This document shows, piece after piece, positions 39,640 to 50,000 of a stretch of DNA of 64,000 nt. Under the pieces are notes generated by a model that saw nothing but the letters and a program-made list of their open reading frames with translations, ran no database searches and was not told the origin of the DNA. How positions within the stretch are numbered: the stretch's first letter is position 1; each line of letters opens with the position of its first letter. Position numbers and translations under genes: made by a program. Source of the DNA: Pontiella sp. (GTDB lineage Bacteria > Verrucomicrobiota > Kiritimatiellia > Kiritimatiellales > Pontiellaceae); contig JBNKHE010000006.1 in assembly GCA_050290185.1 (NCBI GenBank), positions 160,001-224,000 on the forward strand, in the 5' to 3' direction.

Positions 39640-40284
39640 ATGATCAAGGGATATGTTTTCGACATGGACGGAGTGCTCTGCGACTCCGAAGCCTTTATCG
39701 CAGAGGCGGCCATCCGCATGTTCCGGGAACGGTATGGCCTGGAAGTCCACGAAGAGGATTTCATTCCTTTCGTCGGCGCAGGCGAAGATCGCTACCTGGG
39801 GGGCGTTGCCGAAAAGTACGGCATCCAGTTGACCATGCCGGACGACAAGAACGAGACCTACCGCCTCTATGCCGAATGCGCCAAAGGCAGGTTGCAACCG
39901 CTACCGGGCGTGAAGACATTTATTGCAGCGGCCAAGAACGCAGGCATCAAACTCGCCATCGCCACCAGCGCCGACGCATTCAAGCTGAAGGTCAATCTTC
40001 GTGAAATGGGCCTGGAGGAAAACCGGTTCGATGCGCTCGTCAACGGCCTCGACATCCAGCACAAGAAACCGGCCCCCGATATATTCCTGGAAGCCGCCAA
40101 CCGGCTGGGAATCGATCCCGCCGAATGTATCGTGTTCGAAGATGCGATCAACGGCGTCCAGGCCGCCAAGACCGCCGGGGCCCATTGCGTCGGCATCACC
40201 TCGTCCTTCACCAAACAGGAACTTCTGGAAGCCGATGCCGACGAAACATCTCCCAGCTTCGATAAGATTACGCTGCTCTCCTGA
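39640..40284 (+). CDS. HAD-superfamily phosphatase (beta-phosphoglucomutase-like)
   Basis: FDMDGVL, ATSA, KPAPDIF and FEDAINGVQAA. Confidence 0.92.
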   Translation: MIKGYVFDMDGVLCDSEAFIAEAAIRMFRERYGLEVHEEDFIPFVGAGEDRYLGGVAEKYGIQLTMPDDKNETYRLYAECAKGRLQPLPGVKTFIAAAKNAGIKLAIATSADAFKLKVNLREMGLEENRFDALVNGLDIQHKKPAPDIFLEAANRLGIDPAECIVFEDAINGVQAAKTAGAHCVGITSSFTKQELLEADADETSPSFDKITLLS

Positions 40285-40334
40285 CGCTAACCATGATGGC
40301 TTGCCGAGGATCGCGTTGCCTACGGGCTAGCTCG

Positions 40335-43300
40335 TCATGCCCCTTTTTTATGAAGCAACGGCAATGAAAAATAGAACGTCGCGCCTTTATCAAGCTCCGC
40401 TTCTGCCCAGACATGGCCCCCATGGCGGGTGATGATTCGGTGAACGGTGGCCAGCCCGATGCCGGTTCCTTCGAACTTATCAGGAGAGTGCAAGCGCTGA
40501 AAGACGCCAAAGAGCTTGTCGACATAGCGCATATCAAAACCCACGCCATTGTCCGCAACAAAGAAAACCGTTTCACCGTTTTCCTCCCGGGAGCCGACCT
40601 CTATCCGTGCAGCTTTCCTTGGGCAGGTGTATTTGATGGCATTTTCCAGAAGATTGGTCCAGACCTGACGAAGGAGGGCGTAATCCCCCGTGACGGATGG
40701 AAGATCTCCAACGATCCAGTCAATGTCACGTCCCGTACAACTCTCTCTCAACTCAACCATCACCTCCTGCAGCGCCTGGTTCATATCTACCTTTCCCCGC
40801 TGCATCTCGGCCCGACCGGTCCGGGAGAACTGTAGTAGATCGTCGATCAGAAGTCCCATCCTGCGGGCGGCACCGGCGATTGTATCCACATACTGCAGAC
40901 CTTGCTCGCTCAGACCATCGCGACAGCGCGAGACCAGCAGCCCCACATACCCGTCGATATGGCGCAACGGCGCCCGCAGGTCGTGCGAGACGGAATAGGC
41001 GAAAGCCTCGAGTTCCTTGTTGGCCGTTTCAAGCTGTGAAGTCCGCTCGGCAACTTGCTTTTCAAGCCTCAGGCTGCGTTTGTGCATGCTTCTGATCCGT
41101 AATCCATAGCCGGCGTAGGCCAGGGCCAGCAACGACCCGGCCGCGCCGCCCCTAAACCACCAGGTTTGCCACCATGGTGGAATAACAACGATTCGGATGG
41201 ATGCGCCTTGTTCATTCCACAAACCGTCGTTGTTCGATGCCCGAACCCGGAACGTGTATTCGCCGGGACTTAAGCGGGTGTACGTGGCGGATCGGTCGTT
41301 TGCATCCACATAGCGCCAGTCCTTGTCGAATCCTTCCAGCTTGTAGGCGTACCGGCTCTTCTGCGGCGACGCGTAATTCAGCGCCGCAAACCTCAAACGA
41401 ATAACATTCTGGTCATATTGAAGTGTGATCTGGTCCGCGACAGAAATGGCCTTCTTCAGCGGCGAATTCGTCCCGGGCGTGACCGGCATGTTGAACAATT
41501 CAAACCCGGTCAACATTACTGGCGGCGGATTGGTGTTGTCCGGCATCCGAGCCGGATCGAACACATTCAATCCGCTGACCCCGCCAAACGCCAGCCGTCC
41601 GTCGGGCAGGCGGACGCTGGACCGTTCGCAAAACTGGCTGCCTTGCAGCCCGTCCCCGACATCATAGTTCCGGAAAGTGCCCTTGCGCACATCCAGCTTG
41701 GAAAGGCCGGCGAGCGTGCTGACCCACACGTTGCCCTGAAGGTCAACCTGCACAGCCATCACATGATTGTTCGCCAATCCGTCCTTTTCGGTAAAATGGC
41801 GGAGGTATTTCCTGCGGGCCAGGTCAAAGCAATACAATCCGGAATACGACCCCGCCCAGAGGTTCGTGCCGTCAAAACAACTGATCAACGGGCCCGGGAG
41901 CTGGCTGCGCGGCGATGAGGATTCATAGGCGTAGGCGGTGTATTTTTGCCGGGCCGGTTCAAACTGGTAGAGGCCCGCAGGCGCATTGGCCAGCCACAGG
42001 GATTGCGCGTTCTCGACAAACAGCGAAATCGGATACAGATCGGGCAAACTGTCGGTATCGGCACCGTGGGGTCTGAAATGAGTGAAAGTCCGACCGTCAA
42101 AAAAATCCAGCCCCGCGCCATGGACGGCAATCCAGAGTCCGCCGCCGGGATTCGCTTTGATATCATTCACATGGTTGCCTCCCAGGCTGTGCGGATCACC
42201 GGGATCGTGCTGATAGCGTGTGAAGTTTGTTCCATCGAAACTGCACAAGCCCGCCGAGTAGGTGCCGAGCCACAATTTTCCGTCCGTGCCTTCGGTGATC
42301 GTGTCAATGAGTCCAGGACTTATCGTGCCGGGATCTTCGGGGTCGTTCAGGTAGCGGACAAAGCGGCCCTGCTCGAAACGATTCAATCCCCCGGCGGTGC
42401 CCACCCATAGATCCCCGCCCCGATCACAGTAGAGAGCCGAGACGGTGCTCTGGCTCAGGCTTCCGGGATCGAAAGGATTATTCTGATACGTCATGAATCT
42501 TTCCGGCTCGCCGGACCAGCGATTGACTCCGCCGTTCAATGTGCCAATCCAGAGCGCACCCACGTTATCCTCGTAAAGCGCGCCACTGTTAATCTCGTTA
42601 TCGCTGAGGCTGGCCGGATTGCCAGACTCATGCCGGTAGTGGGTGAACGTTCCGCGCTTCCGGTCCATAAGGTCCAATCCTCCGTCGGTCGCCACCCAAA
42701 AACGTCCCGCCCGATCCTCGTGAACCATGCTGACATAATCATTGCCCAAGCCCTCCGGATCGTTGGGAGCGAAGCGGTAGCGGATGAAATTTCCGGCTTC
42801 CGGGTTCCACCGGTTCAGTCCCGCGCGGGTGGAAATCCACAGCGTGCCCTCGCAGTCCTGAAAGATGTCATTGACCGCATTGTCGCTCAGGCTGTTGGTA
42901 TCGCCGATGACGTTGCTGTAACGCGTAAATCGCCCCGTCACTCGATCCAGCACGCTCACGCCGGCGTGACGCGTACCCACCCAGAGCAGCCCGGTCGTGC
43001 GGTCCAGACACATTGCCCGCACATCGCTGTCGCCCAGACTGGATGGGTTGTCAGGCTCGTGGCGATAGGTGAAGAAAGTTCCATTGCTCCGGTTAAAGCG
43101 GCTTAAACCCTGGATGGTGCCCACCCAAAAAACTCCGGCTTCATCCTCATACAACGCCTTCACACCATCATCCGGCAGACTGTTCGTGTCCCCCTCGCGA
43201 TGCCGGTAGTGAACAAAACTATCCGTGTCGCGATCATACCGATCCAACCCCCTGGCTTGCGCCACCCACAAGGTGTGCTGGCGGTCTTCATACAGTGCCC

Positions 43301-43595
43301 AGACCCCGGCAGAACCGAGACTGCGCTCATCCTGCTCATCATGCCGGTAAACCTTAAAGTTATACCCGTTATAGCGATTCAGCCCGCCCCCCGTGGTGCC
43401 AAACCACATGAAGCCTTGATAATCCCGGATAATGCACCGCACGTCGGCGTGAGACAGTCCTTCCTCAAGCCCCAAACGGGTGAACCACAGATCAGGCTTC
43501 GACGGCACGGCCGCAAACACGACTTGCCCGAGGAAAAACAGGGTAACGGTGGCCAAGATGGGGCCGGATATCGTCATCATCGGCTCTCTCCTCAT
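40335..43595 (-). CDS. Beta-propeller/Y_Y_Y sensor histidine kinase (copy 1)
   Basis: Signal peptide, many W.GT..GL repeats, Y_Y_Y (YAYKLEGFD...YTRL.PG.Y.F), TM, ELEAFAYSVSHDLRAPLRHI, HATPase. Confidence 0.93.
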   Translation of the reverse strand: MRREPMMTISGPILATVTLFFLGQVVFAAVPSKPDLWFTRLGLEEGLSHADVRCIIRDYQGFMWFGTTGGGLNRYNGYNFKVYRHDEQDERSLGSAGVWALYEDRQHTLWVAQARGLDRYDRDTDSFVHYRHREGDTNSLPDDGVKALYEDEAGVFWVGTIQGLSRFNRSNGTFFTYRHEPDNPSSLGDSDVRAMCLDRTTGLLWVGTRHAGVSVLDRVTGRFTRYSNVIGDTNSLSDNAVNDIFQDCEGTLWISTRAGLNRWNPEAGNFIRYRFAPNDPEGLGNDYVSMVHEDRAGRFWVATDGGLDLMDRKRGTFTHYRHESGNPASLSDNEINSGALYEDNVGALWIGTLNGGVNRWSGEPERFMTYQNNPFDPGSLSQSTVSALYCDRGGDLWVGTAGGLNRFEQGRFVRYLNDPEDPGTISPGLIDTITEGTDGKLWLGTYSAGLCSFDGTNFTRYQHDPGDPHSLGGNHVNDIKANPGGGLWIAVHGAGLDFFDGRTFTHFRPHGADTDSLPDLYPISLFVENAQSLWLANAPAGLYQFEPARQKYTAYAYESSSPRSQLPGPLISCFDGTNLWAGSYSGLYCFDLARRKYLRHFTEKDGLANNHVMAVQVDLQGNVWVSTLAGLSKLDVRKGTFRNYDVGDGLQGSQFCERSSVRLPDGRLAFGGVSGLNVFDPARMPDNTNPPPVMLTGFELFNMPVTPGTNSPLKKAISVADQITLQYDQNVIRLRFAALNYASPQKSRYAYKLEGFDKDWRYVDANDRSATYTRLSPGEYTFRVRASNNDGLWNEQGASIRIVVIPPWWQTWWFRGGAAGSLLALAYAGYGLRIRSMHKRSLRLEKQVAERTSQLETANKELEAFAYSVSHDLRAPLRHIDGYVGLLVSRCRDGLSEQGLQYVDTIAGAARRMGLLIDDLLQFSRTGRAEMQRGKVDMNQALQEVMVELRESCTGRDIDWIVGDLPSVTGDYALLRQVWTNLLENAIKYTCPRKAARIEVGSREENGETVFFVADNGVGFDMRYVDKLFGVFQRLHSPDKFEGTGIGLATVHRIITRHGGHVWAEAELDKGATFYFSLPLLHKKGA

Positions 43596-46500
43596 ACCGG
43601 GGTCTCCTTTCCCGATGCGCTCTGAAGCGTGAAATAAAACGTGGCCCCTTGATCAACTTTCGCTTCCGCCCAGATCCGTCCATCATGACGGGCGATGATG
43701 CGCTGCACCGTGGCCAGCCCGATGCCGGTTCCTTCGAATTCTTCATGGGAGTGCAGACGCTGAAAGACGCCAAAAAGTTTGTCGGCATAGCGCATGTCAA
43801 AACCCACGCCATTGTCCGCAACACGGAAAACAATGTCATCGCCGTCGTTCTTTGCACCAACCTCTATCCGTGCTTCCTGCCTCGGACTGGTGTATTTAAT
43901 GGCATTTCCCAGGAGGTTGGCCCAGACTTGGCGGAGGAGGGTAAAATCTCCATGGACGGAGGGCAGATCCCCGATAACCCATTCGATGGGACGGTCTGCG
44001 CAACTTTCCTTCAATTCGGACAGCACCTCCTGTAGCGCCTGGTTCATATCGACCGTTCCCCGTCGCATCTCGGACCGGCCGGTTCGGGAGAACTGGAGCA
44101 GATCGTCGATCAGAACTCCCATCTTCTGGGCGGAACCGGCGATTGTATCCATATACCGCAGGCCTTGCTCGCTCAGGCTGTCGCGACAGCGCGAGACCAG
44201 TAGCTCCACATAGCCATCGATATGGCGTAACGGCGCCCGCAGGTCGTGCGAGACGGAATAGGCGAAAGCTTCTAGTTCCTTGTTGGCCGCTTCAAGCTGT
44301 GAAGTCCGCTCGGCGACTTGCTTTTCAAGCCTCAGGCTGCGCTTGTGCATCCTTCTGACCCGCAGGCTAAAGCCGGCATAGACCAAGACCAGCAGCGAGC
44401 CAGCAGCGCCTCCTCTAAACCACCAAGTTTGCCACCACGGAGGGATGATGGCGATCCGGATGGATGCACCTTGTTCATTCCACACGCCGTCTTCGCTCGA
44501 TCCCTGGACCCGAAACACATAGTCACCCGCAGCCAGCCTGGTATAGACCGCCAACCGCTCTTTGCTATCCACTTTGCGCCAGTCAGCGTCAAAGCCCTCC
44601 AGTTTGTAGCGATACTGGTTCTCGGCAGGCGCCACATAACTCAAAGCCGCAAACTCAAAGGACAGGCTGTTCTGGTTGTGCGGCAACGTCAGCCGGTCAG
44701 TAACGTTGATGGCCTTGCGCAGCACCGAATCTCCCCCGACGGGCACCGATTTGCCAAATAACCGAAAATCGGTGAGCACGACTGGCGGTTTAAAGGGATT
44801 GTCCACCACCCCGCGGGGATCAAAGACGTTAAAGCCGTTCATGCCGCCGAAATACATCTCACCCGTGCGTGGACTTTTGCAGAACGCTGTAAAGACATGG
44901 AACTCGTTGCTTTGCAGACCATCCGACATGTCATAGTTGCGGAAGGTTCTGGTCTTCGGGTTGAAACGGGAGAGTCCATTGTTGGTGCTGATCCACAGAT
45001 TCCCCTCCTCATCTTCCAGAATGCCCTCGATCGTGTTGTTGGGCAGCCCTTCCTTTTCCGTGAACACCATGCAAGTTCCGTTCGCCCGATCAAACAAACA
45101 CAAGCCCCCGGCGGTACCGACCCAGAACCGGCCGGCACGGTCTTCGTAGAGAACCCGCACGTCGTTGTTGGCCAGACTAGCCAGATTCTGCGGGTCACTC
45201 TGAAACCGCTGGAACGTTTCCGTCGCCGGATCAAACCGGTTCAAGCCGCCGCCTTCGGTAGCTACCCACAAGGTCTTCGCCCGGTCTTCGTAGATATCGC
45301 TAACCGAGCCCGCACTGAGGCTGTTTGGATTGCCAGGAACATGCGGATAGCGCTGGAAGGTTTCGGTCGTCCGATCAAAGCGGTTCAGCCCGTTATTCCA
45401 GCCGCCCACCCACAGGACTCCGTTGGAGTCGCGGTAGAGCGATCGAATAATGTTATCGCTCAGGCTGTGGGGGTCGCTGGCATCGAACAGATAGGCTTTG
45501 AAACGACCGGTATTGGGCTCAAACCGGTTCAGCCCGCCCCTGAAGGTGCCGAACCAGAGCGTGCCGTCCGGGTCTTCCTGGGTGGCCGTCACCGAACCGG
45601 TCGTGATACTGGCCTCGTTGGCAGGGTCATTGCGATAGAACTGCCAGGTGTTTGATCGGCGATCCCAACGGTTGAGGGTGCGCGAGGTGCCAATCCACAC
45701 GATGCCAGCGTGGTCTTCAAAAATGGAAAGGATAAAATTGTCGGCCACGCTGTTGGCGTTGTCGGCCTCGTGCTTGTAGTGAGCGAACTTGGGCGGGCGG
45801 GAGGAAAACATATTCGCCCCGCCGCCCAGGGTGCCAACCCACAGCGTCCCGGAGGGGTCTTCGTGGAAGAAGCTAATAAAATTGTTCCGCAAACTGTGCG
45901 GATTGCCGGGGTCGTTTTTATACTGCACGATCTGTTGCTGCTGCCGGTCAAACTTCAGTATCCCCGCGCCACCGGTGCCCAACCACAGGTTGCCCGCCGC
46001 ATCTTCGTGGATTTGCGAAATCGTTTTGAATCTGGCCACCTCCGGGTGGTCGGGAGCAATGACATAACGGGTGAAACGTCCGGTATGGCAGTCCAACGTC
46101 CCAAAACCATTTTGGGTCGCCACCCAGAATGTCCCGGTACGGTCTTCGCACACCCCATGCACGATCGCATCCGGCAATGCGTGCGGATCAACCGGATTCG
46201 GCAGATACCGGGTAATCTGCCCGGAGACCGGATCGAGCTGGTTCAGCCCCGCATCCGAGGTGCCGATCCATATCATCCCGCCCGAATCCTGGTAGATGCT
46301 CGCGATCCGATCACTGCTCAGGCTGTTGGCATTCAGGGGGTCGTTGCGATAGTGGGTAAACGCCCCCGTCGCCGGATCAAGGCGGTTCAGGCCGCTATCC
46401 CTGGTGCCAATCCATAACGCACCCTGCCGATCCTCGTAGAGGCAGTGGTCGGAAATGCCAAATCCACTCAAACTGTTGGTGTCAGTTGGGTCATGACGGT

Positions 46501-46906
46501 AGTGGGTGAAGGTTTCGGTGACCGTATCAAACCGATCCAGCCCGCCGCTGGTGGTGGCCAGCCACAAGACATTGCTCCGCCCCCGTTCAATTGCCAGCAC
46601 AGAGCTGCTACTCAGACTGTTGGAGTTGCCGCGTTCGAAACGAAAGGTACGGAACGAATAGCCATCGTAACGACTCAAACCATCGCCGGTGGCGAACCAC
46701 AAAAAGCCCTGGGCATTCTGGTCGATATCATACACATTCCCGGACGACAGCCCCTCTTCGCTGGTGAGGACGGTGAACCGGATGTCCTTGCCCGCGACCA
46801 CCGGCAAAACCACCGAGTCGGAAGCATCCTGAGACTGGCCGGGCATGGCCGCCAGTAAAAACATGGCTGGAACAAAGACTGTTTTCAAAAAAACATGAAT
46901 CTTCAT
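43592..46906 (-). CDS. Beta-propeller/Y_Y_Y sensor histidine kinase (copy 2)
   Basis: Same architecture as copy 1; ATGA overlap with copy 1. Confidence 0.93.
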   Translation of the reverse strand: MKIHVFLKTVFVPAMFLLAAMPGQSQDASDSVVLPVVAGKDIRFTVLTSEEGLSSGNVYDIDQNAQGFLWFATGDGLSRYDGYSFRTFRFERGNSNSLSSSSVLAIERGRSNVLWLATTSGGLDRFDTVTETFTHYRHDPTDTNSLSGFGISDHCLYEDRQGALWIGTRDSGLNRLDPATGAFTHYRNDPLNANSLSSDRIASIYQDSGGMIWIGTSDAGLNQLDPVSGQITRYLPNPVDPHALPDAIVHGVCEDRTGTFWVATQNGFGTLDCHTGRFTRYVIAPDHPEVARFKTISQIHEDAAGNLWLGTGGAGILKFDRQQQQIVQYKNDPGNPHSLRNNFISFFHEDPSGTLWVGTLGGGANMFSSRPPKFAHYKHEADNANSVADNFILSIFEDHAGIVWIGTSRTLNRWDRRSNTWQFYRNDPANEASITTGSVTATQEDPDGTLWFGTFRGGLNRFEPNTGRFKAYLFDASDPHSLSDNIIRSLYRDSNGVLWVGGWNNGLNRFDRTTETFQRYPHVPGNPNSLSAGSVSDIYEDRAKTLWVATEGGGLNRFDPATETFQRFQSDPQNLASLANNDVRVLYEDRAGRFWVGTAGGLCLFDRANGTCMVFTEKEGLPNNTIEGILEDEEGNLWISTNNGLSRFNPKTRTFRNYDMSDGLQSNEFHVFTAFCKSPRTGEMYFGGMNGFNVFDPRGVVDNPFKPPVVLTDFRLFGKSVPVGGDSVLRKAINVTDRLTLPHNQNSLSFEFAALSYVAPAENQYRYKLEGFDADWRKVDSKERLAVYTRLAAGDYVFRVQGSSEDGVWNEQGASIRIAIIPPWWQTWWFRGGAAGSLLVLVYAGFSLRVRRMHKRSLRLEKQVAERTSQLEAANKELEAFAYSVSHDLRAPLRHIDGYVELLVSRCRDSLSEQGLRYMDTIAGSAQKMGVLIDDLLQFSRTGRSEMRRGTVDMNQALQEVLSELKESCADRPIEWVIGDLPSVHGDFTLLRQVWANLLGNAIKYTSPRQEARIEVGAKNDGDDIVFRVADNGVGFDMRYADKLFGVFQRLHSHEEFEGTGIGLATVQRIIARHDGRIWAEAKVDQGATFYFTLQSASGKETPV

Positions 46907-47054
46907 TTCATCCCTCTGGTGTTTTGCGGAGACCTCTATTTGGGCAGCGTGCAGTCGGACGTGGCTCCCTTAACTGCTCGGCCCGCGATCCACCCCCGGC
47001 CACCCGGTGAATGCTTCCGCTCAATGAAGGTTGAATATCCATGGGGTATTCCTC

Positions 47055-50000
47055 TCATGGGTTGGGTTGGGAAAGCGAAAAGTAAAAGGTTGCGCCGCGA
47101 TCGATCCCGGCTTCCGCCCACACGCGGCCGCCATGGCGTGCAATGATGCGGTGCACGGTGGCCAGCCCGATTCCGGTCCCTTCGAATTCTTCCTGGGAGT
47201 GCAGACGCTGAAAGACGCCAAAAAGTTTGTCGGCATAGCGCATGTCAAAGCCAACGCCATTGTCCACAACACGGAAAACAATTTCACCTCCGCCTTCCTT
47301 GGCATCAATCTGTATCCGTGCCGCCTTCCTTGGGCGGGTATATTTAATGGCATTTCCCAAAATATTGGCCCAAACCTGACGAAGGAGGGAGTGATCCCCC
47401 ATGACGGGAGGAAGGTCTTCAACGATCCATTCGATGGAACGCCCAGCATAACTCTCCTTCAATTCGGACAGCACCTCCTGTAGCGTCTGGTTCATATCGA
47501 CCTTTTCCCGCCGCATCTCGGACCGGCCGGTTCGGGAGAACTGTAGAAGATCGTCGATCAAAAGTCCCATTCTGCGGGCGGCACTGGCAACCGTATCCAG
47601 ATAGTACAGGCCTTGCTCGCTCAGATCACCTCGGCAACGGGAAATCAGCAGCTCCACATAACCGTCAATATGCCGCAACGGCGCCCTCAAGTCGTGCGAG
47701 ACGGAATAGGCAAAAGCTTCGAGTTCCTTGTTCGCAATCTCGAGCCGTACAGTACGGTCCAGTACCCGTTGCTCGAGTTCTTCATTGAGCTGGCGGACGT
47801 TCTCTTCCGCCTGCTTGCGCTCGGTAATGTCGATGGCCATGCCCAGAAAACCATCAATGTTTCCTTGCGAATCGCGCAAGGCCGTTACCGAGAGTAAAAC
47901 CGGAAAACAGTGGCCATCTTTGCGAACGTAGGTCCATTCGTATTCGTTGGGCAGATTCCGCCTAGCCTTGGCAACAAAGACCTCGAAGCCCGGCTCGACC
48001 GTGACGCCCAGTTCGTCCGAAAAAATCCGGGCGCGCTCGACCACTTCATCAGGGTCGTGAAAAACACTCGGGGTTTGTTTGCCGACAAGTTCTTCGGCGG
48101 TGTAGCCGAGGGAGCGCTCGGCCGCCGGGTTGAAGGTTGTGATGATTCCCTCGACGTCGACCGAGATCACCATATAGGCGGCATTCGAGAGAATGGCCTG
48201 CTGCAGATCGGCCAGACGATGGATTTCGGCATCGGCCCGGACGCGCCCGGTGATGTCTCGGGCAATGGCGGAGGCACCGACGATTTGTCCCCGGGCATCC
48301 TTGATGGGCGAAATGGTTAAGGAAACGTGGATAATCGTCCCATCTTTGCGTACACGGGTGGTTTGGTGGTGTTCCACTCTTTCGCCGCGATTCAGTCGCG
48401 CTATAATCTCTGCCAGCTCATCCGTCATGTCGGGCGGGACAAGCATCGAAATGGAATGACCCACGATTTCGGCGGCGGTATAGCCATAGATCTGCTCCGC
48501 ACCCCGGTTCCAGCTGAGAATCGTGCCATTCAGCGCCTTGCCGATGATTGCGTCGTCGGAGAACTCCACGATGGACGCGAGATGGGCGACCCTTTCCTGA
48601 GCCAGCTTGCGTTCGGTGATATCGTGCACCGTGCCAACGGAACGCACCGGCGCGCCGCTCTCATCGTAATAGGTTTCGCATTTCTCGGTGACGTACTTGA
48701 TCCGCCCGTCCGGCATCAGCAAACGATGTTCGATTTCGTAGGGCATTTTGTTCTTTAAGGATTCGGTGTAGGCCTGATTCACCATGTCACGGTCATCGGG
48801 ATGAACCGCATCGAGAAACGCGTCATAGGAAGCTCCGAATTCCTCCTTGTCCATTTCGAAGATACGATAGATCTCGTCGGACCACGTCAGCTCGTTGGTC
48901 TCCAGGTCAAGTTGCCAATTACCCAGATGCGCGATGCGCTGCGCATCATTAAGGCGCGCCACCGCATTTCTCAGCCGTTCCGCAACCTCCTTGAGTTCCG
49001 TGATGTCCACCGCGGTGCATAGATCCTCGAAACCGCCGTCCTCCAGTGCCCGACGCAATCGGGAAAAAGCAACCCAGACAATTTTACCGTCCGGTTGGAT
49101 GTAGCGCTTTTCCTCCATGAAATGGTTAATCTTTCCCCCATCCGTCTCGTACATGAACGCATCCCGCTCATCTAAATTATCGGGATGGTTGATGTGCTTC
49201 CAGGTCTCCGGATTGTCCTGCTCGCGCGTGATCCCGGCGATGCTCAGATGGGCATCGTTGATCATACGGACTTCGTTCCCGTCGGCGTACGTCCGGTTCA
49301 GGCTGACTCCAATGGGAAGCGAATCGAAGATAAACTTGAGCCGCTCTTGCTCCTGGGCGGTCGCTTCCTGCGCCCGCTTTCGTGCGGTGATGTCCATCAG
49401 GTTTCCATAGAGCCGCACGACCTTGCCCTCTTCAATGACGGGCTGGGCAGTCGTACGGATCCACAACGGCTTTCCGGTGTACGTGGTGAATGGCAATTCA
49501 AAATCGTAGGATTCGCCCTGTTCGCAAGCGCGTTGAAATGCCTCGTTGAGCATCGGTCGGTCTTCCGGCCGGAAACAGGCCAGACTCTCCTTTACATGAT
49601 CGATGCCCGGATCGTTGGGTATTTCATGGATTCGATAGAGTTCTTCCGTCCAGAATGACGTCCCCGATTTGACATCGTATTCCCATCCACCCACCTTGCT
49701 GAGTCGTTGCGCAGCATTCAGCAAGGTTTCGTTTTTTTGCAGCGCCTTCTCCGCACGCTTGCGTTCGGCGATCTGCTTTTCAAGCTGCAGGTTGCGCTTG
49801 TGCATGCTTCTGATCCGCAGGCCAAAACCGGCATAGACCAGGGCCAGCAACGACCCAGCCGCGACGCTCCGGAACCACCAGGTTTGCCACCATGGAGGAA
49901 TAACAACGATCCGGATGGATGCACCTTGTTCATTCCACAAACCATCGTTGTTGGAAGCCTTCACCCGAAATGTGTATTCGCCGGGGCTTAAGCGGGTGTA

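Noticed and set aside
46908..47042. 44-codon minus-strand ORF with GAGGA RBS between kinase copies 3 and 2
   Set aside because: No recognisable motif; cannot be distinguished from chance or a decayed start.
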